Shown here piece after piece: positions 46,993 to 56,592 of a stretch of 64,000 nucleotides of DNA. Positions within the stretch are counted from its first letter, which is position 1, and every line of letters starts with the position of its first letter. The translations under genes and the position numbers were made by a program. This DNA comes from Clostridia bacterium (GTDB lineage: Bacteria > Bacillota > Clostridia > Oscillospirales > Acutalibacteraceae), in the NCBI GenBank assembly GCA_017555765.1, contig JAFZFT010000116.1:2038-66037 (forward strand). The letters run 5' to 3'. The notes under the pieces were generated by a model. It made no database searches. It had not been told where the DNA came from and saw nothing but the letters and a program-made list of their open reading frames with translations.

Positions 46993-48299
46993 AATCCGAC
47001 AAAGGAAAAAAATGCGCAGCAGTAATACTGATATTTGTTGCAGTTACGCTCGTTTTATATGTTGTTCAGTCTTTTTATTTCGATAAAAGCGGAATTGCTG
47101 AAACCGAATATGTTCTCAATTCTGTCGAGATGGATATAATTGAGGTTGATGGTTTTGCGATAAGAGATGAATATCTTGAAGAAAACGGAGCAAATAAACT
47201 TATACTCTACAAAGATGATAATAAGGTCTATGTACCTGTAATCGGTGACAGTGAAGGTGTTGCAGTTAAAGATACTATTGCCATAGCTTTTAGCAGCACA
47301 GAGCAGGCTGATGCATATCTTAAAATCAATGAGCTCAATGAAAGAAAAAACGAGCTTACAGATCTTAAGAACCTTGAGGAAATGAGCAAAGTAAGTCTTA
47401 CTTATCTAAATTCACAGATATATAAGAACGTACAAGATTATGTTTCGTATATTTCAAATGGAGATTTCAAGTCGATTAATAATTCTATTGATGATTTTTG
47501 CAACGGTATAACATCGAAGCAAATAGCTACGGGATATAACTATGATTTCAGCGGTCTAATCGCTGAGTGTGAAGAAGATATATCCGGCCTTGAGCCGTTG
47601 GTAAAAGAAAAGCAATATATTTTATCACCTTGCGCGGGTTATTTTGTCAGCTCTGTTGACGGATATGAGCATACTGTATCCTACGGCGATATTAAAGCGG
47701 GGAATATTAATCCTCATGCAGTATCCGATTTATACTCTGAAGTGCCTGCTGTTGAAAAAAATGCTTATGGCAAAATCATCACACAGCACGTATGGTACTT
47801 GCTTACAGATATTCCTATTGAAAAGGCTTCTGATATCAGAGAAGGTAAAACTGTTTATGTAAGCTTTTCAGAAAGAGGTATAAGTGAAATACCAATGAGT
47901 GTTTATGATATTTCGGATGTTAGTAACGGTATCATTACAGTAACTCTTAAATGTAAATATCTCAACGAAGAGCTTGCCGTACTCAGAAAAGAAAAGGTAC
48001 AGATAACTATATCTGAACATAAAGGTTTTAAAATCAGCAACAATGCACTTGTAAAAAACGCTGAAGGTCTTGATGGTGTGTACGTACTTTCTGGAAATAT
48101 AGCTCAGTTTACACCTATAAATATTGTTTATTACGGCACAGATTATGTTATTGCTCATAATTATGAAGCGTACTACACTGACGAGGACGGAAATCTTGTT
48201 TACGATGAAGAAAAGAATTCATCGTACCGTAAACTCAAGGCTTATGACAGTATTATTGTGAAAGGAACAAATATTGAAGATGGAAAAGTTATCGATTGA
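46989..48299 (+). CDS. Membrane-anchored coiled-coil/beta-barrel protein, HlyD (membrane-fusion-protein)-like; function unknown
   Basis: An N-terminal TM (AAVILIFVAVTLVLYVV) is followed by a coiled-coil stretch (EQADAYLKINELNERKNELTDLKNLEE) and then beta-rich domains. The start forms an ATGA overlap with miaA. Confidence 0.4.
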   Translation: MKSDKGKKCAAVILIFVAVTLVLYVVQSFYFDKSGIAETEYVLNSVEMDIIEVDGFAIRDEYLEENGANKLILYKDDNKVYVPVIGDSEGVAVKDTIAIAFSSTEQADAYLKINELNERKNELTDLKNLEEMSKVSLTYLNSQIYKNVQDYVSYISNGDFKSINNSIDDFCNGITSKQIATGYNYDFSGLIAECEEDISGLEPLVKEKQYILSPCAGYFVSSVDGYEHTVSYGDIKAGNINPHAVSDLYSEVPAVEKNAYGKIITQHVWYLLTDIPIEKASDIREGKTVYVSFSERGISEIPMSVYDISDVSNGIITVTLKCKYLNEELAVLRKEKVQITISEHKGFKISNNALVKNAEGLDGVYVLSGNIAQFTPINIVYYGTDYVIAHNYEAYYTDEDGNLVYDEEKNSSYRKLKAYDSIIVKGTNIEDGKVID

Positions 48300-49002
48300 A
48301 GAACGTTTTTCAGATATAGATTATAATGTTTCTGTTATTAAAGAAAGAATTGCCGAGGCGGCAATCAAATCGGGCAGAAATGAAAATGAAGTCAGGCTTA
48401 TGGCTGTAACAAAAACTGTCGAGCCCGTATTTATAAACAGAGCAATTAAAAACGGAATTGATCTTATTGGTGAAAATAAGGTTCAGGAATTTCTCGGCAA
48501 AAAAGATTTTCTAGAGCTTTCAGATTGCGAAGCACATCTTATCGGCCATCTTCAGACAAATAAGGTCAGACAGATTGTAGGTCAGGTTTCAATGATTCAA
48601 TCTGTTGACAGTGCAAAGCTTGCAAATGAGATTTCAAAGCGTGGTGAAGCTGCAGGAATTGTTACTCCGTGCCTCGTTGAAGTTAATATCGGTGATGAAG
48701 AAAGCAAGACCGGAATAGGATTTGACGAGTTATTCGAGCTTGTGCACGAAATATCTGCACTTAAAGGAATGAAAATTTGCGGACTTATGACAATACCGCC
48801 TATATGTGATGATATGGCGATGCTTGATAAATATTTTTCAAAAATGCACCGTTTATTTATTGACATAAAGGATAAAAAGTTAGATAATGTAGACATGAGT
48901 ATTTTGTCAATGGGTATGTCATCCGACTATGAAAGAGCTATTCTCAATGGCTCAAATCTTGTAAGGGTCGGTACAGCTCTTTTCGGACATAGAATATATT
49001 AA
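48274..49002 (+). CDS. yggS: YggS/YlmE family PLP-binding (PLP homeostasis) protein
   Basis: The PLP Lys block is RLMAVTKT. It is followed by HLIGHLQTNK and LSMGMSSDYERAI. Confidence 0.9.
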   Translation: MKMEKLSIEERFSDIDYNVSVIKERIAEAAIKSGRNENEVRLMAVTKTVEPVFINRAIKNGIDLIGENKVQEFLGKKDFLELSDCEAHLIGHLQTNKVRQIVGQVSMIQSVDSAKLANEISKRGEAAGIVTPCLVEVNIGDEESKTGIGFDELFELVHEISALKGMKICGLMTIPPICDDMAMLDKYFSKMHRLFIDIKDKKLDNVDMSILSMGMSSDYERAILNGSNLVRVGTALFGHRIY

Positions 49003-49022
49003 TTTTTAAGGAGTGTATTAAA

Positions 49023-49604
49023 ATGGGCTTTGTTAAAAGCTTTAAAGATAAAATTAATGAGCATTTTGTAAGCAATGATTATGAGGAATATGAATCAGCA
49101 ATTTCTGATGACGATTTCGAAGATGGTTCTTCTGATGACAATGAAGCAAGTATATACGACGCTGAACCTGAAGTTAAAAATACATTTAACTCTCAGCAGG
49201 GTATAAGCGTGCCTGAATATGCTTTTGAACCTAAGAGTGTTGCAAAAAAGAAGGTTGAAACACCTCAGCCGGTAGCAAAGTCAGGACAGAATGCTAACAT
49301 CTATAACTTCAATAGTCGTCCTACAAACAAGTTTAAGCTTAATTCGATACTTCTTCGTGATATTTACGATGCTAAGAATGTTGCTGCTCTTATGATGGAG
49401 AAGGATACAATTGTTGTTGTTAATCTTTCTTGTCTTTCTGATGAGCAGAAGGTAAGAGCAATGGATTTCCTTGACGGTGCAAAGTTTGTAACTAAGTCTG
49501 TTTTTGTCAGATTTGCGGAAAGCATCTGCGCTTTCGTACCTGAGAGCGTTGAACTTTTTGGTGATTTTTTTAGCCAGGTTGACCTTGACTCGTTCAATAA
49601 ATAA
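49023..49604 (+). CDS. sepF: Cell division protein SepF
   Basis: The acidic N-terminal linker is followed by a SepF core (DAKNVAALMMEKDTIVVVNLSCLSDEQKVRAMDFLDG). Synteny with yggS and divIVA supports the call. Confidence 0.85.
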   Translation: MGFVKSFKDKINEHFVSNDYEEYESAISDDDFEDGSSDDNEASIYDAEPEVKNTFNSQQGISVPEYAFEPKSVAKKKVETPQPVAKSGQNANIYNFNSRPTNKFKLNSILLRDIYDAKNVAALMMEKDTIVVVNLSCLSDEQKVRAMDFLDGAKFVTKSVFVRFAESICAFVPESVELFGDFFSQVDLDSFNK

Positions 49605-49630
49605 TAGATGTAAAATAGGGGGATATTCTT

Positions 49631-50707
49631 ATGATGACACCGCTTCAGATCAGTACTCAGCGTTTTGTTCCTAATGGTAAGGGTGGATACAGATCTACAG
49701 ACGTTGATGCGTTTGTTCAGAAGGTATACAAAAACTATACCAAGCTCTATAACGACAACATTGAGCTCAACGAAAAGCTTGAGACTGTTGCTCCCATGGT
49801 TGATGAGTACAACAAAGCTAAAGTTGCTATCGCTAATGCTCTTATCAGTGCTCAGTCTATAGCCGAAACAAAGCTTGCCGATGCAGAAAAGGAAGCAGCT
49901 ATCCTTGTTGAGGCTGCTAATAAGAATGCAGATGCTATTGTACTCGCTAAAAAAGAGGAAGCAGAGAAGTACTATATTGAAAAAACAAAGGATGCCGACA
50001 TCAGACTCAGAGAGCTTGAGTATGCTTTTTCACGTTTACAGAAGGAAGCAGACGACTATAAGGCTGACTATCTTGCAAAGGTAAACGCTCAGGTTGATGC
50101 TTTGATTGCTTCAGCAAATGAGAAGGCTGCATCAATTGTTGCTCAGGCTTACAATGACGCTAAAACAGCAAGAGAAAAGGCTGATGAGGTTGTTGCAATC
50201 GCTAACAAGCAGCTTGATGAAATTAAAGCTGAGACAGCAAAAGTTAAGAGTGAACTTTCAGCTCTTATTCTTGTTGCGGATTCAGCTGTTAAGTCAATCA
50301 GTGATTACGAACTTGTAAAGGATAATACTGACGATAATTCAGAAATCAGCGCAGATGCAATCAATAAGGCTGATATGGAGCCTTTTGATATTGAGTTCAG
50401 ATATGAGCCCGTTGCATACGAAGCGCCTGTATTTGATGAAATCGTCGAAGAGGTTGTACCTGCTGAAGCTGAAGAAGAGTCCGAGAATGTAGCGCCCGAT
50501 GAAGAGATTATTGTAAACGTACTTGACGAGGACAATAACGTCGGCGATGAAATGGTTGATCTTTACTCTCATTCTTCAGAGACCAAGAAAAACGCTGCTC
50601 AGATGCCTGACGTTACCTCGTATCTTTCAAAAATATTTGATTCAGCTACAGAAGATGAAGAAGATTTTGGCTTTGAGGACCTTATTTCCGAATCCTCTAA
50701 ATTCTAA
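49631..50707 (+). CDS. divIVA: DivIVA domain protein (long coiled coil, acidic tail)
   Basis: The N-terminal lipid-binding motif is TPLQISTQRFVPNGKGGYRSTDVDAFV. An extended Ala/Lys/Glu coiled coil follows. Confidence 0.85.
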   Translation: MMTPLQISTQRFVPNGKGGYRSTDVDAFVQKVYKNYTKLYNDNIELNEKLETVAPMVDEYNKAKVAIANALISAQSIAETKLADAEKEAAILVEAANKNADAIVLAKKEEAEKYYIEKTKDADIRLRELEYAFSRLQKEADDYKADYLAKVNAQVDALIASANEKAASIVAQAYNDAKTAREKADEVVAIANKQLDEIKAETAKVKSELSALILVADSAVKSISDYELVKDNTDDNSEISADAINKADMEPFDIEFRYEPVAYEAPVFDEIVEEVVPAEAEEESENVAPDEEIIVNVLDEDNNVGDEMVDLYSHSSETKKNAAQMPDVTSYLSKIFDSATEDEEDFGFEDLISESSKF

Positions 50708-50730
50708 ATATATTTCAGTGAGGTCTTAAA

Positions 50731-51237
50731 TTGTTAAAACTCAACAAAAGTAAGTTTAAGAATTTTTCGATAGCATTTATAGTTATGGCAATACTTGTTA
50801 CTGTTGATCAGGTTATCAAATACTTTGTCGAGGTGAACCTTAAGCCTATTTCGGTAAGACCATTGATACCCGGTTTTATTCAGCTTCACTATCACCGCAA
50901 TGATGGTGCTATGATGGGGGTTCTTGACGGCGAGATAACTACTGTTACAATACTTGCTGTAATCTGTATGATAGGAATTATTATTCTTATGTTTACTGAT
51001 TTAATCAAAACAAAGCTCGATTATATATGTATTGTGATGATTGCCACAGGTGGAATCGGTAATATAATCGACCGTATATGCAGAGGATATGTTGTAGATT
51101 ATATTGAATATTTGTTTGTTGATTTTTATATTTTCAATTTTGCGGATTGTCTTATTACGGTCGGAGCTTTTCTGATGATTTTTTATCAGATATATCTTTT
51201 GATAAAAGAAATCAAAGTCAAGAAGGGACAGAATTGA
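50731..51237 (+). CDS. lspA: Lipoprotein signal peptidase (signal peptidase II)
   Basis: The start is TTG. Blocks NDGAMMG and GNIIDRICRGYVVDYI...FNFADCLITVG carry the catalytic Asp residues. Confidence 0.88.
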   Translation: MLKLNKSKFKNFSIAFIVMAILVTVDQVIKYFVEVNLKPISVRPLIPGFIQLHYHRNDGAMMGVLDGEITTVTILAVICMIGIIILMFTDLIKTKLDYICIVMIATGGIGNIIDRICRGYVVDYIEYLFVDFYIFNFADCLITVGAFLMIFYQIYLLIKEIKVKKGQN

Positions 51238-51238
51238 T

Positions 51239-52153
51239 ATGGTTTGTGCTCATATTTTTACTGTCAATGCTGAAAGTGCAGGAGAGAGAATTGATAAGTT
51301 TATCTGTGCTAACTGTGAAATAAATTCCCGTTCTGCAGTTCAGAAACTTCTTGACAGTGATCAGGTTACAGTTGACGGAAAAGCTGTCAGCAAAAACTAT
51401 AAAGTTAAGTCAGGGGATCGTATATCACTTGTGATTCCCGAGCCGAAGGAGCTTGAGGTTGTTGCGGAAAATATACCTCTTGATATTCGTTATGAAGACG
51501 AAGATCTTCTTGTTGTTAATAAATCCAAGGGGATGGTTGTACATCCTGCCGCCGGTAATTACGACGGCACACTTGTAAACGCTCTTTTGTACCACTGTAA
51601 GGGTAGTCTTTCCGGAATAAACGGTGTTATCCGTCCGGGTATTGTTCATCGCATAGATAAAGACACAAGCGGACTTCTCATAGTCGCAAAAAACGATTTC
51701 GCTCATATAAATCTTGCAGAGCAGATAAAAGTACATTCCTTCACTCGTGAATATCAGAGTGTTGTTTACGGCAAAATGAAATGTACAAACGGTACAGTTG
51801 ATGCTCCGATAGGCAGACATCCTGTTGACCGCAAAAAAATGACAGTAACCACAAAGAATTCTAAAAATGCCGTTACTCATTATGAGGTTGTTGACGAGTA
51901 CAGAGATTTTACGCATCTGAAATTGAGGCTTGAAACAGGCAGAACTCATCAGATAAGAGTTCATATGTCATATATTGGCCATCCCGTTGCGGGTGATCCC
52001 GTGTACGGACCTAAAAGCGTGATAAGTTATCTGAATGGTCAATGCCTCCATGCGGGCAAAATTGGTTTTAAACATCCCAGAAGTGGAAAATATATAGAGA
52101 TTGAAAGCGAACTTCCCGATTATTTCACTGATTTTCTCAGGAGGATAAAATGA
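51239..52153 (+). CDS. rluD: RluA-family 23S rRNA pseudouridine synthase (RluD-like) with S4 domain
   Basis: The catalytic motif is HRIDKDTSGLLIVAKN, followed by GRTHQIRVH. Confidence 0.88.
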   Translation: MVCAHIFTVNAESAGERIDKFICANCEINSRSAVQKLLDSDQVTVDGKAVSKNYKVKSGDRISLVIPEPKELEVVAENIPLDIRYEDEDLLVVNKSKGMVVHPAAGNYDGTLVNALLYHCKGSLSGINGVIRPGIVHRIDKDTSGLLIVAKNDFAHINLAEQIKVHSFTREYQSVVYGKMKCTNGTVDAPIGRHPVDRKKMTVTTKNSKNAVTHYEVVDEYRDFTHLKLRLETGRTHQIRVHMSYIGHPVAGDPVYGPKSVISYLNGQCLHAGKIGFKHPRSGKYIEIESELPDYFTDFLRRIK

Positions 52154-52989
52154 TGGAAAACACTAAGAAAACCTTGTCCCATTGGCTTATAGCTTCCGAT
52201 ATTGATGGTACTATAAATGATAAGGGCAGGAGACTTGTTAAAAGAAATTATGACGCTATACATAAGTACATCAATGAGTATGGTGGTAATTTCACTCTTG
52301 CTTCAGGCAGATCACCTGATTCAATGCGCAAGCATTTCAAGAGACTTGATATTCCTGACGGGAAGGCTATAGTTATCAACGGTGCAGGTATTTATGACTT
52401 CGCCGAAGAGAAGATGATATGGACAAGTCCTCTCAATGATAAGTGCATCGATTTGGTACGTAAGGCTGCTAAAAAATACCCCACGATATCATTTCAGGTA
52501 ATTTCCGATAAGGTTGTATACATTTTCAGACCGACCCTTTCATCAAGAATTCTTGCAATTAATGCCAAGTACCCGATAAAGTACTTCTACTCATTTGAGG
52601 CTATGCCCAAGGATAACTGGTACAAGGTAATCTTCACAGGACTTCCTCCTGCGCTTAAGCTTATTGATAAATATATCGTATCAATGTCAGATACAACTGA
52701 AAATCTTATGTTCTCTTCAGCGTGGAGCTATGAAATAGTAAACGAAGATACAAACAAAGGTAAGGCTGTACTCAAGCTTGCTGAAATACTTGGTCTCGAA
52801 AAGGAAAACACAGCAGCAATCGGTGATTATTTCAACGATTATGAAATGCTGAAGATGGTTGCTTTTCCTGCTTGTTGCGGTCAGGCGCCTAAAGAAATGA
52901 AGAAAATATCAAAGTTTGTAGCCTGCCACTGTAATCACGGTGCGGTTGCAGATTTGATAGAATATATGATAACAAATTTTTCAAAATAA
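52150..52989 (+). CDS. Cof-type HAD-IIB family hydrolase
   Basis: Motif I is IASDIDGTI. The C-terminal block is AIGDYFNDYEML. Confidence 0.8.
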   Translation: MMENTKKTLSHWLIASDIDGTINDKGRRLVKRNYDAIHKYINEYGGNFTLASGRSPDSMRKHFKRLDIPDGKAIVINGAGIYDFAEEKMIWTSPLNDKCIDLVRKAAKKYPTISFQVISDKVVYIFRPTLSSRILAINAKYPIKYFYSFEAMPKDNWYKVIFTGLPPALKLIDKYIVSMSDTTENLMFSSAWSYEIVNEDTNKGKAVLKLAEILGLEKENTAAIGDYFNDYEMLKMVAFPACCGQAPKEMKKISKFVACHCNHGAVADLIEYMITNFSK

Positions 52990-53003
52990 ATAAGGAGGAC
53001 ATT

Positions 53004-53846
53004 ATGGAAGAAAACAAAAAACTCGAACTGAAAAAGATTGCCGTTAATGTACGTAAGGGTGTAATCGAAGGTACATTCAACGCAAAGTCAGGACATCCGG
53101 GAGGCTCACTTTCAATAGCAGATGTTATAACATATCTCTATTTTGCAAAGATGAATGTTGATCCCGCAAATCCTGATGATGAGAACCGTGACAGATTTGT
53201 CCTTTCAAAGGGACACACTGCACCTGCACTTTATGCTGCACTTGCACATAAGGGATTTTTCCCCGTTGAGCTCATCAAGACTCTTAGAAAGCCCGATTCA
53301 ATTCTTCAGGGACATCCAAGTATGAGATATACTCCCGGTGTTGATATGAGTACAGGTTCACTCGGTCAGGGCATCTCCGTTGCTTGCGGTATGGCACTTG
53401 CAGGTAAGCTCAAGGGTAAGGATTATAAGGTTTATACCATCCTTGGTGACGGTGAAATCGAAGAAGGTCAGGTTTGGGAGGCTGCAATGTTTGCGGGCAA
53501 CCGTCAGCTTGACAATCTTGTAGCAGTTGTTGACTACAACAACCTTCAGATTGACGGTTCACTTGATGAGGTTAACTCACCTTATCCTATAAAGGAAAAG
53601 TTTGAAGCTTTCAACTGGAATGTAATTGAAATTAACGGACATTGCTTCTGCGAAATTGAAGATGCTTTCACTAAGGCAGATGAATGCAAGGGTAAGCCTA
53701 TATGCATTATTTCAAAGTCTGTTAAGGGTAAGGGCGTTTCATTTATGGAAAACAAATGCGATTGGCATGGTTCTGCTCCCAATGCTGAACAGTACGAAAT
53801 TGCTATGGCTGAGCTTGATAAGGCTATGGCAGATCTGGAGGTTTGA
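53004..53846 (+). CDS. Transketolase, N-terminal (TPP-binding) subunit
   Basis: Supporting blocks are GHPGGSLSIADV, LSKGH and GDGEIEEGQVWEA. Confidence 0.92.
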   Translation: MEENKKLELKKIAVNVRKGVIEGTFNAKSGHPGGSLSIADVITYLYFAKMNVDPANPDDENRDRFVLSKGHTAPALYAALAHKGFFPVELIKTLRKPDSILQGHPSMRYTPGVDMSTGSLGQGISVACGMALAGKLKGKDYKVYTILGDGEIEEGQVWEAAMFAGNRQLDNLVAVVDYNNLQIDGSLDEVNSPYPIKEKFEAFNWNVIEINGHCFCEIEDAFTKADECKGKPICIISKSVKGKGVSFMENKCDWHGSAPNAEQYEIAMAELDKAMADLEV

Positions 53847-54793
53847 TTATGGCTGATGTAATTAAATGTGCAACAAGAGACGCTTACGGCGCCGCTTTAA
53901 AGGAACTCGGCTCAAGAGACGATATTCTCGTACTCGATGCTGACCTTGCAAAAGCAACAAAGACAATTACCTTCAAGAAGGAATTCCCCGATAAGTTTAT
54001 CGATTGCGGTATTGCTGAAAGCAATATGATGGGTATCGCAGCAGGTCTTGCAACAACCGGTTACACAGTATTTGCTTCCTCTTTCGCTATGTTTGCAGCA
54101 GGCAGAGCCTTTGAGCAGGTAAGAAACTCAATTGCTTATCCCAAGCTTAATGTTAAGATTGGTGCAACACATGCAGGTATTTCTGTTGGTGAAGACGGCG
54201 CAAGCCATCAGTGCTGTGAGGATATCGCTCTTATGCGCTCAATTCCCAATATGGTAATTATCAACCCCGCTGACGATGTTGAAGCAAAGCAGGCTGTTTT
54301 TGCTGCTGCAGAGCACGACGGTCCTGTTTATATGCGCTTTGGCAGACTTGCAGTACCTCGTGTAAATGCTGAGGATTATAAGTTCGAGCTCGGCAAAGGC
54401 GTTATGCTTAAGGATGGTAAGGATGTCACAATCGTAGCAACCGGACTTATGGTAAATGAAGCTCTTATTGCTGCTGAAAGCCTTAAGGCTGAAGGTATTG
54501 ATGCAAGAGTTATCAATATCCACACAATCAAGCCTCTTGATAGAGATATTATCATTAAGGCTGCTAAGGAAACAGGTGCAATCGTTACCGCTGAAGAACA
54601 CAGTGTTATCGGCGGCCTCGGTGGAGCGGTTGCTGAGGTTCTCTGCGAAGAGTGTCCCGTACCTGTTGTACGCCTCGGTGTTGAGGATACTTTCGGTAAA
54701 TCTGGACCCGCTCTTGAGCTTCTCAAGATTTATGGCCTTGATGCTGAAAATATCGCAATTAAAGCAAAGAAAGCTTACGAATTAAAGAAATAA
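53843..54793 (+). CDS. Transketolase, C-terminal (pyrimidine-binding) subunit
   Basis: FIDCGIAESNMMGIAAGLA and GEDGASHQ support the call. The start forms an ATGA-type overlap with the N-terminal subunit gene. Confidence 0.92.
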   Translation: MIMADVIKCATRDAYGAALKELGSRDDILVLDADLAKATKTITFKKEFPDKFIDCGIAESNMMGIAAGLATTGYTVFASSFAMFAAGRAFEQVRNSIAYPKLNVKIGATHAGISVGEDGASHQCCEDIALMRSIPNMVIINPADDVEAKQAVFAAAEHDGPVYMRFGRLAVPRVNAEDYKFELGKGVMLKDGKDVTIVATGLMVNEALIAAESLKAEGIDARVINIHTIKPLDRDIIIKAAKETGAIVTAEEHSVIGGLGGAVAEVLCEECPVPVVRLGVEDTFGKSGPALELLKIYGLDAENIAIKAKKAYELKK

Positions 54794-54827
54794 GCTTTTA
54801 AATAATTCTAAGGTAGGTATTCATATT

Positions 54828-55031
54828 ATGAAAGAAATCACAAAAGATATGCTCATTGGTGACATCCTTGATAAGGAGCCCGGTTTAGCAGTATTTTTCC
54901 TTGAAATGGGAATGCACTGTCTCGGTTGCCCTGCATCAAGAGGCGAGTCTGTTGAAGAGGCTTGTGCTGTACACGGTGTAAGCGTTGATGAACTTGTTGA
55001 GAAGATCAACGGTTATCTTGCTTCGAAATAA
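54828..55031 (+). CDS. DUF1858 / hybrid-cluster-protein-associated redox disulfide domain protein
   Basis: 67 aa. ITKDMLIGDIL...GMHCLGCPAS contains a CxxC motif. Confidence 0.7.
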   Translation: MKEITKDMLIGDILDKEPGLAVFFLEMGMHCLGCPASRGESVEEACAVHGVSVDELVEKINGYLASK

Positions 55032-55046
55032 GCATTAATCGACCAG

Positions 55047-55080
55047 GAGCCACCGTTTTAAAGGTGGCTCTGTTGTTATT
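55047..55080 (+). terminator. Intrinsic terminator
   Basis: GAGCCACC-gttttaaa-GGTGGCTC is followed by TGTTGTTATT. Confidence 0.7.
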
Positions 55081-55134
55081 AAATATTTTCAAGGATTCCG
55101 TTAAATCATTCGGAATCTTATTTCAGAGGTAATT

Positions 55135-55830
55135 ATGACGAAGATAAAACTTGATTTACGCTTGAGTTCGGTCGCTTCGCTTGTAAGAAACGGAAGCGTA
55201 GTTGCAGATATAGGTACTGACCACGGATATCTAATTTGTTGGCTTATACAAAATGGTATAAGTCCTCACGGTATTGCCGCAGATTTAAGAAAGGGTCCAC
55301 TTGAAAATGCGCGAAACACAGTTGTTGAATGCGGTCTTGATGACAAGGTTGAGCTTTACCTTTCCGACGGTCTTAAGGAGTTGCCCGAAAACGGTGCTGA
55401 TGATATAGTCATTGCAGGAATGGGCGGAATTCTTATTGCTGAAATCTTATCTCAGGCTAAGTGGGTTTTCGATAAAAATGTACGAATTGTTGCTCAGCCG
55501 ATGACTCATCCTGAGGTGCTCAGAGAATTTTTGATAAAGAACGGTTTTAAAATAATCGAAGAGAAAACATCAACGGACGGCAAGCATGTTTACTGTGCTC
55601 TAAGTGCTGAGTTTTGCGGTAGTGAATCCGAATGTGATGAGAGCTATTACTATCTCGGCGAGCTTTTGAAAAATGACGACGATATTACGAAAAAGTATAT
55701 AGATAAAATGCTTTTTACTTTAGAGAAAAAGTACATCGCATTAAAAAAATCTGATATTGACGATTATATCGGATTGGAAAAATTGATAAATGAAATTAAA
55801 TTGAAAGTTTCGGAGGCTTATAATGATTAA
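55135..55830 (+). CDS. trmK: tRNA (adenine22-N1)-methyltransferase TrmK
   Basis: VADIGTDHGYL and IAGMGG are the class I methyltransferase motifs of the TrmK family. The gene precedes the Nif3-like gene, as in B. subtilis yqfN-yqfO. Confidence 0.85.
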   Translation: MTKIKLDLRLSSVASLVRNGSVVADIGTDHGYLICWLIQNGISPHGIAADLRKGPLENARNTVVECGLDDKVELYLSDGLKELPENGADDIVIAGMGGILIAEILSQAKWVFDKNVRIVAQPMTHPEVLREFLIKNGFKIIEEKTSTDGKHVYCALSAEFCGSESECDESYYYLGELLKNDDDITKKYIDKMLFTLEKKYIALKKSDIDDYIGLEKLINEIKLKVSEAYND

Positions 55831-56584
55831 AGTCAAAGATATATCCGATTACATAGATAGAATCGCACCTTACAATACAAAATGCGATTGGGATAACTGT
55901 GGTATCCTTGTCGGAGACGAGGGCGCTGAAGTTAATAAAATAGCTTTCGCTCTTGACCTTACTGCGGAGACACTTGAAAAAGCTGAGAACTTCGGCGCTG
56001 ATTTGATTGTTACACATCATCCGGTTATATTTAAGCCGCAGTCAAGCTTTATTAAAGGAAATTTACCTTATGAAGCTGCAGTACGCGGAATTAATATTAT
56101 TTCAGTGCATACCTGTTTTGACTGTGCTGCAGGCGGTATTAATGATGTACTTTGTGAGCTTCTTGATATAAAAAACGCTGTTGGTATTCCGTCAGATGAG
56201 TGTGAAATTCCAATGGCGAGAATAGGGGACATTAATCCAGTAACTTCTATGGATTTCGCATCATATGTTGCTGAAAAATTAAACACAGTTTGCAGAGTTG
56301 CAGACAGCGGAAAGATAATCAATAAGGTTGCAGTTTGTGGCGGATCAGGTATGGACTTTTTCGAAACTGCAATAAAAATGGGCGCCGATGCGTTTGTTAC
56401 GGGCGATGCAAGTCATCACCATTTTCTCAGAGCGTCCGAATGCGGAGTAACATTAATTGCGGCAGGACACTTTGAAACAGAGTCTCCTGCGATGGCAAGA
56501 CTTATGGATATGATTTCAAACAATTTTCAAGAGCCGGAATGCCTTGTAGTTGATCAGTCAAATCCGGTAAAATTTGTAGGTTAA
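55823..56584 (+). CDS. Nif3-like dinuclear metal centre protein (YqfO/GTP cyclohydrolase 1 type 2 homologue)
   Basis: WDNCGILVG, LIVTHHPVIF and GHFETE support the call. Confidence 0.88.
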   Translation: MIKVKDISDYIDRIAPYNTKCDWDNCGILVGDEGAEVNKIAFALDLTAETLEKAENFGADLIVTHHPVIFKPQSSFIKGNLPYEAAVRGINIISVHTCFDCAAGGINDVLCELLDIKNAVGIPSDECEIPMARIGDINPVTSMDFASYVAEKLNTVCRVADSGKIINKVAVCGGSGMDFFETAIKMGADAFVTGDASHHHFLRASECGVTLIAAGHFETESPAMARLMDMISNNFQEPECLVVDQSNPVKFVG

Positions 56585-56592
56585 GGTGAAAT

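Noticed and set aside
49665-50318. A run of 65-70-aa plus-strand ORFs occurs in an alternative frame inside divIVA, along with minus-strand Ser-rich ORFs at 50305-50572.
   Set aside because: They are a by-product of the repetitive GCT/GAA/AAG codon composition of the coiled-coil gene. The DivIVA frame carries the conserved N-terminal motif.
51425-51964. Long antisense ORFs lie inside well-supported genes. Examples are the 179-aa ORF opposite rluD, 59122-59625 and 60912-61313 opposite dnaE, 36584-37054 and 37121-37582 opposite glcK/murB, 26261-26728 opposite murC, and 22923-23363 opposite parC.
   Set aside because: Each lies fully within a CDS that has strong family motifs on the other strand. 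Their translations are low-complexity or Cys/Phe/Ile-rich with no recognisable motif and no RBS. They are best explained as shadow ORFs.
55085-55134. A 7-bp hairpin, GATTCCG-N10-CGGAATC, lies in the trmK leader. Small 5-bp hairpins follow miaB (40820-40840) and ymcA (41283-41300).
   Set aside because: They are short and weak, lack flanking U-runs and have no recognisable motif. Stems like these are expected by chance in DNA of this composition.
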